Shown here in pieces: positions 11,341-23,740 of a DNA stretch of 64,000 nucleotides. A model generated the notes under the pieces. That model was not told the origin of the DNA. It was given only the letters and a program-made list of their open reading frames with translations, and did not search any database. Source of the DNA: Camelus ferus (lineage: Eukaryota); assembly GCF_009834535.1 (NCBI RefSeq), contig NC_045697.1:5272001-5336000 (forward strand), in the 5' to 3' direction. Within the stretch, counting starts at the first letter, position 1, and every line of letters begins with the position of its first letter. Position numbers and translations under genes: made by a program.

Positions 11341-13160
11341 TTAAGTATTCTTCAGCAAGGGTGTTCGGGAAGTGAGATGGTTAGTTGCTAGCAGCCCTAG
11401 GCTGGGGGTGGGGGCAGAGGTCGGCCTGGAGATACTTGACCCGGACTCCTCAGGAAAGGTCCTCCCTGCTCACAAAGTGGGGTTTGTTTTGACCTTGAAG
11501 TCACCCCACCTCTGATTACTCTCCAGCCAAAACAAGCAGACAGGATAAACCGATGGGCTGTGTATTCCCAGGGGGCTGGGGTAGCCGGGGGTGGGGGGTG
11601 GGGGGGAGACAGAGGGAAAGCCTGGTGTGGGCGGAAGCAAAGGGATGCAGTCACTTGGCCAAAAGCAGTGATGAGAAGCAAACGTCGTCGTCAGAGAATG
11701 AACCCTGGGTACCAGCTAAGAATCCCCCACAGTCACCAGTGAGGAGCCTGATCCTAGGAAGACCTGGGGTAGAGGGTCTCGGCAGAACATGGAAGAGGAG
11801 ATGGAGGTGGAGGTGCCAAAGAAAGAAAGGAGGGCGGGGCCATCGGGAGGAGAGAACAGCTGCACCAGAGCTTCCGGGACGCTGTTGGATGGCTCAGAGC
11901 TGGACAGGGTACCGTACCGAGGGGAAGGAGATACACTCTCCAGCCAGACACCTGGTTCCAATCTTAATTCTGTCCCTCACTAGCATCTCTTCGCCTCCTC
12001 AGGCTCTACATCCTTAAAAAGGGGTTAAAAATAACATGTACTGAGCAGGGCTGTGCCAAAAGTTGTGTGGATGCGGGATGGTGAGGAACACACTTGGAAA
12101 AGAGGCCGGCACATGGCGAGTGTTACCTCTACAATCAACAGCTCATCAAGGAGGCATCAAGGGAGCAGGGAGATGAGGCTGGGGGGCAGGGCGGGGCTGG
12201 ACCAAGGAGCATGAGCAGGGCCCTCACAGGCATCTCCAGTGGATATGAGTCGGGGAAAGGGGGCGCTGCTTGGAGAAGCCCCAAAGCTTTGCCTGGACAT
12301 GCTGACTGTCAACAGGAAAAATCCGGAGCACCCAAATCTGGCCTTGGGCTGTGGACAGGAAGCACTGCCAAGTGGCGTTAATTATAAATAGATTTATACA
12401 TGTGAATGAGGTTCTCAGCCAGCCAAGTAAATATTTATGTGGGGATTTGGGAAACAATCAACGTGACCTTTCTATGTGCATTTCTAAAGCAACAGAGGAT
12501 TCGCAAAGGTCAAGTTGCAGTGGGGTGTAGATATTGAAAATCAGTGCACACTGGGTTAATGCCCTGACACCTGAAGCCAAGAAGCAACACTGTTTGCCTC
12601 TCACAATGACTGCTCTCTGGTCTGTGGGTTGAAAATACAGATCGGGACCGGGTCAGCAGGCTGCCCCAGCGGGTCTACTCCCTGCCTGGCCCTCCAGCCC
12701 TCACTCCCTCCTCAGGACACTGATCTGATCGTCTGCATCTACTCCACCCACCCTGCCCCTGAATGACCTCCCTGTGTCAGCTGGGCTAATGGAAGCCCCT
12801 GGGGTCACAGGACAGAAAGGCTGGAGCAGGTCTCAGAGAACAGAGCGACCACACTGGCACCAACTCCCCATGTGACCTGGGCAAGCCCCTTCCTCTTCTT
12901 GGCCTCCCTTTTTGGATATAAGATGGGGGCCAGGGAGAAAGGTAGCTATGGTCCTTGATGGTCCTGTTCAGTCTCCCTCCAGGATCCTCAAAACTCCTGT
13001 TCTTTTCCTCTGGCTTGGGCAGGCGGCTGGGGTTGGTGGTGGATGGTCATAAGTTGGGTCCCTCACTCCTAAAGTCTCTCTGCCCTCAGTGACCTGGGAC
13101 CAGGTGGAGTTGACTCTGCTGAAGCCTGCGTCCTGTAACTTTGTGCAGAGGGAAAAGCAG

Positions 13161-13179
13161 TGCTGCCCTCTAGTGGCCA
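13161..13179 (-). promoter_or_regulatory. CTCF binding motif
   Basis: Reverse complement TGGCCACTAGAGGGCAGCA is essentially the CTCF core consensus. Confidence 0.75.
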
Positions 13180-13797
13180 CTTCTCAGAATGAACCACAGT
13201 CCGACCCAGAGGCTTCCTTGCAGGATGCAGCGAAACTCCCCAAAGCAGAGCCCCTACTGTGTGCCAGGACCCAGTGTGCTCAGTGTGGGCACAGTGATGA
13301 GTCAGACATGCCCCACCCCGGGAAACTCATGCCTCATAGGCACAAATGTGTGGACTCTATAGGTCCGTACATTGCCTTTAGCTCTGTGAAGTTTGGCAAA
13401 TTTCTTAATCTTTTTTTTGGTGGTGGTGGGGTCTCCATTTCATCTTTAAAATTGGGCTGCAAATCAAATGCCTTCCTAGCTGAAGCTGGTCATCATGGCT
13501 ACCTACCTACATCCTAAGTCCAGCCCTTTCTCACCCACTGCTGCCAGTCTGCACCAAGCCCCCAGCATCTCTCCCTGGTCTCCCTGCCCTGGCCCCACAC
13601 AGCCCTTTCCACACACAGCAGCCAGTGATTCCATGATGAGGAAGCAGCCACTTTGAGTTTCTGCCTGGACATTTTACAGTAGGACAACCTGCTCACACGC
13701 AGAGTCTGGACATTCTAGATTAAGGACCTGAGCTTAAGATTCTGGCTGTAAATTCTCACTTTGCTTTTCCTGGGGGATCTTTTTAGAATAACCACTT

Positions 13798-14320
13798 AGT
13801 TTCATTTTTTTCCGCATATGGCTGTCCAGTTTTCCCATCACTATTTATTGAAAAGACTATCCTTTCTCCATTGTGTGTTCTTTACTCCTTTATCATAAAT
13901 CAATTGTCCTTTCTTGTGTGGCTTTATTTCTGGGCTCGCTATTCTGTCCCGTTGATCTGTTTTTCTGTTTTTCTGTTTTTCTATCAGCACCACGTGGGTT
14001 TGATTACAGCGCCTTTGCAGTGCAGTTTGAAATCAGGGTGTGTGATACCTCCAGCTTTGTTCTTTTTTCTCAAGACCACTTTGGCTATTCAGGGTCTTCT
14101 GTGGTTCCATATAAAAATTTTTTGTTCTATTTCTGTGAAAAAAAAATGTCCTTGGGATTGTGATAAGGATTTTATTGAATCTGTAGATTGCTTTAGGTAA
14201 TAAGGGCATTTTGACTGTGTTCATTCTTCCAATCCATGAGCACAGGATACCTTTCCAATTATTTGTAGCCTTTTCAATTTCTATCAACAATATCTTATAA
14301 TTTTCAGTAGGCAGGTCTTA
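13798..14320 (-). mobile_element. L1M ORF2 fragment
   Basis: Minus-strand ORF 14033-14290 [28 protein letters not shown] is L1 ORF2-like; frameshifted. Confidence 0.88.
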
Positions 14321-14573
14321 AAAATGAAGCTAGACTATTATCTCTATTGGTTGATCTCATCAGTTGCCTTCACATCCCCCAACCTGTCACCAACTCTCCA
14401 GCACCCCCCCACCAAACTGCCTTAAAGCAGCCTTCTGATGGGGGGCTTCTCATTATCTAGTCCTGCCCCCTCCATCCACACAGCGGCCATGGACCTTTCT
14501 AGAACTCAAGGGTGGCTATACACTTTCCCTGCTCCAGACTCTCCCCTGGTCCCCTGACGCCTATAGACCTAAG

Positions 14574-14576
<3 letters not shown>

Positions 14577-14620
<44 letters not shown>
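14577..14620. repeat. (TG)22 microsatellite
   Basis: Perfect dinucleotide run. Confidence 0.97.
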
Positions 14621-14622
<2 letters not shown>

Positions 14623-16659
14623 GTGCAAATGACCATCTGCGTTGCTTCTGATCCTAACAGCAAACTACAAGATAGATATTATTAGAATCAGATAGTATTA
14701 TTTCTAATTTGAAGAATGTACTGTTCAGAGAAGTTACATAACTTGCCCCAGGTCTCAGACAAGGTGGTCCTAAGAGATAACTCGGTGGATCACTCCCATG
14801 GGGCCTGAGCCCTTTAATGGGGCAGTCGAAGCCTTTCTCCAGGCAGCCCGGCCACCCTACCCCTCTTTCTCTCTCTTGGGTTCCCTGGATCCCCCATCCT
14901 CTTGGTCCCAGGCACCTTGGCTACTGGCTGCTCCCTGTGCCCCTCATGTTTTCCCTTCTGTGGTCTCTCCTTGCTGGACACCCATCTCACTGGAAAACAT
15001 CTACTTATTTCAAAACGCACTTCCTATGTCTGTCACCTCCTCTTGGGAAGCTTCCCGATACTGGGATGCTTTCTCCAGTAGAAGGGCAGCAGGGTGATGG
15101 GGATGATTCCTGGATCTTATAAGGTTTCAGGACCCAGAAAAGTAGCTTAGAAGCTACCTTCCATATCTCTGAATCATTTTTTTTTTCTGCAGCATTTTCT
15201 GCTGACTTTCTGGATTGTTAGCCACTAACACACTTCAAGTCCACTAAAAACCTGTCCTATTCTCACTTAAAAAATAGCCCACAGGGCCTCATCAGTATTA
15301 TTGTAAATGCATTGAATGGTACTAACACAAAATGCACTGCTATGGGCCATATCACTAGGAGAGTGGCCAGAATGAGGGAGGTGATACCCACTGCATACAG
15401 CTAGAGCACATGCCCCCGCATACAGCCAGAGCACATGCCCCTGCATACAGCCCACGCCAGGGTGAACAGGCTGGTGCACCCAAAGGAAAGACCCATCAAT
15501 ACATATCCACATTTGCAGCTGGTGGGAGGGTCAGAGGACGGATCTGGGAGTGTTCAACCTAAAAATGGAGTGAATAGAAAACACAAGTACTCTCTGTGGC
15601 TATGTGTTTCACTGTCATTTGGGAGATGATGCCAAAAAGTAGAATTAAGAGCCACAAATGGAAGTCTCAAGGAACAGTGTCTGGTGGGTTCTGAAGGACC
15701 TTCCACCAGCTAGAGCTGCCCAGGAAAGAAACTGACTGGTCTGGGCCCGGGGTGGGCTCCCTGTCCCTGGAGTGGTCGAGAAGAGACAAGACATTGCCTG
15801 TTGGGAAGAAGGTAGAGGGAGCTTCTGCATTTGAAGTAGGAGAAGGCAGTCCTTACGTGCGCTCCCCAAACTGCAGGTCCACAGAGCCGTGGCTCAGAGG
15901 ACCCACGGTGTGCAGACCTGAGTGGCATGTGGGAAGTACCCGGTGTGCCACCTTCCGACCTGGATTCACACTCTGCGCCGGGAAACGCTGAAGCCATTAG
16001 CACGGCAGGACTTGGGAGTCTGTGTCCACTCGCCCATCTTATGGGCTGGAAAGCAGGATCAGAGAGCAGGGTGGTGGCCCACAGACGTGCCGCCCCGAGC
16101 TCCGACCCCAGGTCCCTGACACCCAGGCCTCCGCTCACTAGGCTTCCTAAGGCTCCATCTCTGAGGTTTTAAAAGGCCGTCTTCTCCCCAGTTCCCTGCA
16201 GGAAAGAAAGCAGCGTGAGAGGAGAGTGGGGCGGCTGTTTCCATCGAAGTTCTTCCTCACAGTGTGAGAACTGGGGTGGGGTGGAGCTGGGACTCATCAA
16301 AATCAGACTGTGGCACCAGGTGTCACCTTCATCCCGGGCCTTCCTCCCTTGACCCCCCCCCCCACCCATTTCCCCGGCCTGGCTTTGGGCTTGGTGGCAG
16401 GCAGCAGCTCTCTGGGCCCGACAAAAGTCAGGTTTCAGGCATGTCATAGGATGTGAAGGCGGAGCTCTGGCTGCTGGGCGTGGTGACTTGCAGGGTGGAC
16501 AGCCAGCGCTGCAGGGTCCCGCGGGGATGGACCTCTGTGCATCCTGAAGATTCAAGCCAGCAGTGGGTTTCAGCCCCTGACCAGCCGGTCTCGACTCCCT
16601 ACTCGAGTGCCCTGTGCGGGGTATGTGCCCCTGCCCGGGCGCTTGGACACCTGGTGCGG

Positions 16660-16846
16660 GTTAATCCTGTGCTATGAATGGTCCTCCTGTGCATTGTAGG
16701 ATGTTTAGCTGCATCCCTGGTCTCCACCCACTAATGTCAGGAGCATCACCAGATGACCACTGAGTCACAATGATCAAAAATACCTCCAGACATTGCCACA
16801 TGTCTTATGGGGAAGGCAAAACTCATCCTCCAATTGAGAACCCCTA
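16660..16846 (-). mobile_element. MER20-like hAT-Charlie DNA transposon
   Basis: cctgtgcattgtaggatgtttagc...ctccagacattgccacatgtc...ttgagaaccc matches the reverse-complement MER20. Confidence 0.85.
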
Positions 16847-17279
16847 AGCCAGAGCTGCATCTTCCCTCTTTCCCTTGTCCCCAAAATATTCTTGAGAGGC
16901 CCTGGGGCAGGAAAAACAAATTGTTCAGTTTAATGTTAGAACAGTGCACATTAATGGGTGGGCACTGGCCCTGGTCTGACGCTGGGGTGGTGCTTCCCAA
17001 GTGTTCGTCACTGTGCCGGCTCCTAGCGGCACTGAGTGTCCCTGATCCAGATCTAATCCAACCCTCTCCTTTCACGGAAGAAAGAAGTATGGCCCAGAGA
17101 GGGTAAGCAATGAACCTGAAATCACACAGCGGACTTTGGTGTCTCATTCCCGGCCCAGCCAGGGCTCTTTCCAGTCCCCCACACTAAACTTGGATCCAGC
17201 CAGCACCAGTCAGGAGGCCTAAACTTTAGGCAAAAAGTCCGCCCCCAACAGGAGAGACACAGGCAGAGCCTCATTTTCC

Positions 17280-17600
17280 TGTTACAATGCTGTGAAAATG
17301 TGCAAAAGCAAAGTGTTGTAAAAACATTGGCTGGGGCCAGGGCAGGGGATGAACAAGACTGTTCTCCATGTGAGCTGGCTAATGAAAGGAAGAGCCCGAA
17401 GTTGTTTGTTGCTGTTATAAGGGTCATTTTTCCCCCCATAAAAAGAGTAATTTTCGTTTACGGGGACCCTGGGCAATTTTCCATCTAATTTGATGTTTTA
17501 TAATGTCTGCAAAGCCACGCAGCTTTAGTTGGCTGTGTGGCCATAGACATTTTATTTTCAAATGTTCAAGGTTATTGGTTCATCAAGAGTAAAGGAAAAA
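17280..17600. promoter_or_regulatory. Candidate enhancer with posterior-HOX/CDX and FOX motifs
   Basis: Repeat-free AT-rich block in a GC-rich context: CCATAAAA 17436, GTTTACG 17456, TTTTATA 17496, TGTTTGT 17403. Confidence 0.4.
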
Positions 17601-19809
17601 TGCGCCTGGATTTTCATGGGTCCTGGGAAGGGAGGGGGCAGCTGATGGGCTGGGAGACTGACTGGAAATGAACTTGCTGTGAAGCCCTCCACCCCATGCA
17701 CTTCCCTCCCCCAGAGCACCAGGCTGGAAAGGTTGGGGCAGAGTCATTGCCCCAGGTGAGGCCCTGATGCCACCCCGCCCAGCGGAACAGTCACACAGCC
17801 CGGCCCTGGGCCCCCGCCCCCTCACCTAGAGCCCCCTCCTGCAGGGCGGGCTCCCCCATGAAGCACTTTTTGTAGATTTTCTTTTTTAATCATCACAACA
17901 GCCCAGGGGGCACAGGACTCTGGTTATTCCCAGTTTACAGAGGGAAAAAGCTGGCTTGAAGAAGTTAACCAGCAGCCAGAGGTCGGGGGCCCCCATCTGA
18001 ACCTGGTCATCAGACCCTGGGGTTGGAGTCCAAACACCCTGTCTACACGGGGGCAACACTCCTTCCCACCATCGTTGTGCTGATCCTCTCCGGGTCCGGC
18101 TCAGGGCCCTGTAAAATGGGCAGGATGATTCTATTTCACTGGGAGGTTCTGAGGTTTCAACGAGCTCACGGAGAAAGCAGCTCCGAGAAGACGGCTGGGC
18201 TGAAACCCCAGCACACGGGGCTCCTTCTACAGAAGGGGCTACAGGAGTGAGGGCTAGACAGGAGAGGGGAGAAGAGGCTGGGTGATGGAAGGTAGGAAAG
18301 ACAGGCGGAGAGGCACAGGCCCACCTGGAGAGGAGGCCCGGTGAGTGTGGACACGACCTGGTCCTCGTGGGGGACTTACTCTGCTCCAGGCCGCGCGCTT
18401 CGCAAGTGTAACCCCGTTCGGTTCTCCAACCAGCACAGAGGAGACTGTTGCTTCTGTTTTACAGATAAACCTCCACTGCCGAGGCCACGCGTGTCTCCCC
18501 CGCCCCGGAGGCCGTGTCTGGGTTCCCAGCGCAAGCAGACTCCCCAGCTCCGGGGCATTTATTCCTAGGGTCGTCCCTCTGCCTGAGCAGACAGATTTGG
18601 TGGACATTAGAGAGGGACTGTTTCAAGTAAAAGTATTGTTTTTGATAACACCTCTGCATATGGAAAAGAGAGAATGCCGCAGATGAACTCAAGGAGAATG
18701 AAAGTCGGGTGACCCCCAGCCCACAGCCGTGGCTGCGTACCTTCCCAAGTGTTTATGTCATATGGCTCGTCGTGCATGTTAATTACACTCTGTGAGTTCG
18801 CTTTAGCGAAGGATTACGAAGGACAACGTCCCAGGAGCTCATATTCTGTGCAGCAGCTCCAATGGGAGCAGGGCGCTGCCTTGTACGGCTCCAGCAAAAG
18901 CATCTTCTAACCACTCCCCTGCAGTGGGACGCGTAGGTCATTTCCAATGGTCTGTGATGGTTTCAAGTGAAGAGTTGGACAGCCTCGTACCTAAGGTGCA
19001 CGTCCTTGTTTGCCAGAGCCCTCCACCTGCAGGCAGCCTGGCAGAGAGCCCAGAGGGCTTCAACTTCCAAGAAGTCAGAGCCCATCGCTACCTCCTGTGT
19101 GGAGCGAAGCCAGGATGCTGTGGCCTTGAACCCCTTTCGGCCATCTGCTGGTGTGTGGCCATGGTTAAGCCTCAGTTTCCTTACCTGTGAAGTGGAGTTG
19201 TTAATAACACTGCCTCCCTCTGGCTGGGTGAGGACCAAACCCCATAGTGGCACATCTGGGGATCTCTTTCCGGATCTCCCTGGAGAAGACGTTAATGGCC
19301 AGACCCAGCCGTCAAACAGCAGGCCTTGAGGCAGAGCTACAAAGTGCGGAGGACAGTATCAAATGAGATTCAGGATCAGATAAGAAAGACCAAAGGGAGA
19401 GAAAGGAAGCAGTGAGGGCAGAGGGGCTGGTGTTTTGCCTCCAGGTCGTAGGACACGCTGGGATGCCCCACGCGCTGGAACAAAAAAGGAAACAGAAGCT
19501 CTGACTATAGAGGCACAGAGAAGCCTGGCTACAGGCTTGTTGGCGACATGTCCCTCCATCTCGGGGGCCAGGGAGCCCCTTGATGCCTGTGATCCTGTTT
19601 CCAACTGCATCCCACTCAACTTTGGTGGCTGTTCTGCCTGCCCTGCCGCTGGCCTGGAGTGTCTCGAGGACGAGGGCCACATTGGAGCCATTTCTCTGTT
19701 GCCTGAGTCCCCATGCCCTGCCTGGCTCAGAGTCAGTGGCTAGAATGAATGAATGAGTGAGTGTTTCGGGTGGAATTTAGAGACTTTGATCAGGAGCACC
19801 AGTCAGTCA

Positions 19810-20266
19810 CAAGGATACGCAACAGGGGATGCTGCCCCGGCTGATCGTCAGAGATCTGGGGGATGGAGGAGACGTGCAAGGCAGGGCCACATGAAGCAGT
19901 ACCAGGGTTGGTCAGGAGGTGGAGGGAATGGGGGTGGGGTGGGCAAGAGCCTTTACTGAGGGTCCCATGGGGAGGAACACGGAGGCAGGGTACACAGGCT
20001 TGGGAGCGGCTGGTCTGAATAACTTCAGTATGCTCCAGGGCTCTGGAGATGTCCCCCGCAGTCTGGTACCTGGCCCAGGGGTGGTGGGGCGTGGGGGCGA
20101 TGACCTTGAAAGTAAGTGCCAGATGGAGGACGGGGGTGGGAGTGGGCTCTGGATTAGCTGACTTGTAGGAACTGGCCAGTCCTGGCAGGGGCAGTCCCTC
20201 CAGGGTCAGCAAGACCCCAGAGGTCAAAGCATGAGAACACAGCAAATAAAAGACACGGTTAACACA
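19810..20266 (-). mobile_element. ERVL solo LTR, MER73/MER74-like
   Basis: Ends gggtcagcaagaccccagaggtcaaagcat...aaataaaagacacggttaacaca; similar to the copy at 23084-23554. Confidence 0.7.
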
Positions 20267-20989
20267 CTGTGAGATCCAATGCAAAACGGGGCTCAGGAAT
20301 CAGCAGAGTTTAAACCCCAGCTCCATCTCTCACGAGCTGTGTGACTTTTAGCCAGTTACTTAGCCTCCTTTGGCTGCAGTGAGGACTGAGGCAGCTGCCT
20401 CCAGTGGTCTATGAAGCGGGGCCAGCGGGGCAGCTGCCGTTGGCACCGACCGGTAAGGTCATGAAAGCATCACTCTCGTAAATCAGAAGCCTGGGCACTT
20501 AGTGAAGGTCTCTGCACAGGAGTCCGTGCAGAGCTGGCAGACTGGGAACTAAGCCCTGGTCCTGCTAAAGTGGGTCCTGCCCGGAGTGGAAATAAACTCA
20601 GGTCTCTCCCCAGAGATGCCCCACTCCTCTGGGTATTTCTGCCCCAGGGTCTCCCATCTGTATCAGCACTCCAGCCAGAAAAAGGGGGTGTGAGGTTGCC
20701 GACCCCAGCCAGCTGAGATCCAGAAACAGAATGAGGTATTATGTAGGACTGCTTGCCCCAAACGAGGGCTTTATTTTATTATCTACATTTTAAACTCTTT
20801 AATATGCCTCCCAAGATGCTGTCTGGTTCGGAAAATCGCCTATAATAAATGCACATAATAAATCTCTTATTTTGAACACAGAGAGGCATGCAGTTTTTAT
20901 TAATAGAAAGTGAGTTTCTCTACTCCCCCCACCAAAGAAGCATTCGCCGAATATTTAAAGGGTATCTGTTGAAGGGATGCCAGTTGGTC

Positions 20990-21420
20990 AGCGGGCCAGA
21001 GCAACCGGCCAGGCTCAGCTTGGCTCCTCCTGCTTATAACTCTGCGGCGGGAACCTGGAAGGGGTCCGGGAGACTCCGGCATCTGCCCCTGCCCGCTCCC
21101 CCCGCGGCTCGGTTACTTGCAGCGCTGGCCGGCCCGCCCACTCGCGCGCTCCCGGAGGGCCACGCAGGCGCAGAGGCGCAGGCAGGACCCCCGCGCGTGC
21201 TCCTCGCATCTCGCAGCCTCCGGGCTCCTGTCTCCCGTGTCTCTCCTGTCTTCATCAGACTTCCTACAAATCACCCCCCAGGACAGGGAGGTGAAGCACC
21301 CTGGGGGTCCACCCCGGGGGGACAGAGGGCGAAATGCAAGTTGGACATCCCTGGAGCATAACGTAGCGATTAGAAGTCATGGACCCACCACCTCATGGTG
21401 ACTACGCGGTAAAACCCAGG
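20990..21420. promoter_or_regulatory. Small CpG island, promoter-like element
   Basis: CpG-dense; TTATAA at 21034; GC box ggcccgccca at 21131; no downstream coding exon recognised. Confidence 0.55.
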
Positions 21421-21423
21421 GAT

Positions 21424-21530
21424 GAGGAGGGGAGGGAGAGAGGGAGGAGAGGGAGAGAGGGAGAGACAGGGAGGGAGGGAGGGCCGGAAGGAAGGAAGGA
21501 AGGGAGGAAAAACGGAGGGAGGGAGGGAGA
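21424..21530. repeat. GA-rich polypurine low-complexity tract
   Basis: GGAG/GGAA/GAGA units. Confidence 0.85.
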
Positions 21531-21819
21531 TGTGACACATGACCCAGTAGATCTTACAAAAAAAAATTAAAATATAATCTGTACAAATTACAACCTACAT
21601 TTTGTGAATACATCCAAATAAGAAGACAGACACACGTGCACACACGTGCGCACGGAAGGACTGGAAGTGGGGGATGAGGCCAAAAGGGAACTGATGGAAA
21701 GAAAGGTTTCCCCAGCCAGATGAACTGAGGTGTCCGCAGTGAGGATACGATCGCCTCTACATCTGCCCCCGAGGGCCGGCAAGAAAGAGAAAGAGAACTC
21801 CGAACTACACCCCCGACCC

Positions 21820-21831
21820 CGCGCGCGCGCG

Positions 21832-21867
<36 letters not shown>
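21820..21867. repeat. (CG)10(CA)14 compound microsatellite
   Basis: Seen directly; 48 bp of uninterrupted purine-pyrimidine alternation. Confidence 0.95.
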
Positions 21868-21870
<3 letters not shown>

Positions 21871-22834
21871 CAAACCTTACTCTAAACTGGCCTTTTTTCA
21901 GCTACATAAACAAGCAACGCGTCCTCCATGTCCATCTCTGGCCATGCTGTTCCCTCTGCCAGGAATGCTGTTCCCACCCCTTCGTCCATTTGACTTTGCC
22001 TCATCCTTCAGCTCTCTGCTCCTGCACCTCATCCTTGCCCCAAGCCCACCCGGGCCAGGTGGCCTCCCCCGTCCCAGAGCTCCTCCCTCACACAGTCACA
22101 CCCACGACTGTCCTCTGAGTGCGGTGAGCTCGGTCTCACTTACCCTCCACTGCCATCCTGATCCACCGCAGAACCCCCTCCATCCGCCTCACCACGAAGC
22201 GGCAGGTGGGGGAGCACTGCGCAGCTGGCAAAACCAAAGGCCCCTCTCAGCGCATCTCGTCAGAGCCCGCCCCTTAGCTCTCTGGCCCCACCCCTGTGAC
22301 TTCTCCCTGCCCTCCCTTCCCCCTGCCCTCAGTGATCTCTCTCATTCCTGCTTCCAAATGTAGCCCAGCTCCCCTGGGCCTCCTCAGGTCTCTCTCTGCA
22401 CAGTCCCTGGAGGGTCTCTCCACACCATAGCTTCCCTGCCCCCTGCCCCACTGGCCATGTGAACACCACCAGCCCCTCTATCTTAAAATACCCCAAACAA
22501 CAACCTCGCCCTCCCCCAGCCTGCTGCTCGCCTGGCACCACCACTGGGGAAGTTAGGAACCTGCGCATCATCTGGGACTTCCCCTTCAGCCAGCCGCCCA
22601 GTCATCACCCTCTCGGCCTGGAATTTGTCTTTGGTGTTCTTGTCCTGGTCTCCCACCGGGTGGTGCCGGCGGTGGCGGCGAAGATACAGGGGAGCAGTGG
22701 CCTGGCTCAGGGAGCTCGCGTGGGGAGACAGGCGAGTCCAGGTGCCGTGCAGCAGGAATGACCCTCAGACGCTTCTCAAGGTGGTTAGATAGACCAGGAG
22801 GACAGCGTTCATCTTGTCTGCTCCCGGGTCTGTC

Positions 22835-23740
22835 CCCCAGGTAACAGACAGGGTCCTGGCAGGGGACAGACACTCTCAGACTCTGTAACTGAGAAGACGT
22901 TCATCCAAAGGCTGCTTCTAAAGGGGTGGACAGTGCAGAACCAGGGGGAGCTGCTACTGCTTCTTGGCCTGAAGGGGGAGGGAGGTGTGGCCACTGGACT
23001 TGGCTGGAGGGAGGAGCATGGGTGGGGGCAGGGGCTCAACCAGGGGGAAGCAGCTGTCCCACAGCAGCTGTGTTAATATATACTGTGTTATTATGTGGGC
23101 GCGGCGAGGCCAACAGCAGATCAGGAGAGGAAAGATGTTTGCTGTACTCATAGACCCCAAAACAAGGGGACACACCAGGCCACAGCGGGCCTCACGAGGA
23201 AGCACCAGGGTCGGTCAGGAGGCAGAGGGAAGGGGGAAGCTGGGCGGGAGCCTTTCTTGTGGCTTTCATGGGAAGGAACAGGCGAGGCAGGGGGAGCAGG
23301 CCTGGGATGGGCTACTTTGAATCATTACATCAGGCTCTGGCAGAGGGGCTATGCCCAGGTGTCTGGCAGCTGGCGATTAGGACAGGCGGGTAGTGGTCCA
23401 GGGTGTGTGAACTAGAGGTGGCTGGAGGGTGTGGGTTCTGGGCTGGTGCTTTGAACTGGAAAGTGCACTAGCGCACGCACTAGTGACTTGCTTATCACCT
23501 CCAGGCACTGGCTAGCCTAGGAGGGGCAGTCGCCCAGTCTGAGTGGTTGATACACCAGAGAGAAGGAGCCGGGGGCCGGATGCCCACCCCGCACCCTCCT
23601 TCTGCCCTCGCATCTCCTGCTGATGTTGCCCACTGGCCAAACCCAGCTGGAAGCCAGAGGGTCAAGGGAGCAGTTGGTGTAACCAGCCTCCTGGCCCCAG
23701 AGCTGGGAGGCGTGTGGCTCCAGGGGAGAGGCGGGCCATG
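22835..23740 (-). mobile_element. Old MaLR (MLT1K/L-like) LTR split by the MER73/74-like LTR
   Basis: ctcctgctgatgttgcccactggccaaacccagctggaagccagagggtcaaggga motif on the right side. Confidence 0.4.
23084..23554 (-). mobile_element. ERVL solo LTR, MER73/MER74-like
   Basis: TG...CA ends. gcaccagggtcggtcaggaggcagaggga...tttgaatcattacatcaggctctgg...gaggggcagtc shared with the 19.8-kb copy. Confidence 0.7.

Noticed and set aside
20888..21361. 157-aa ORF in the CpG island
   Set aside because: Stop-codon scarcity is expected in GC-rich DNA; no protein motif or clear exon structure.
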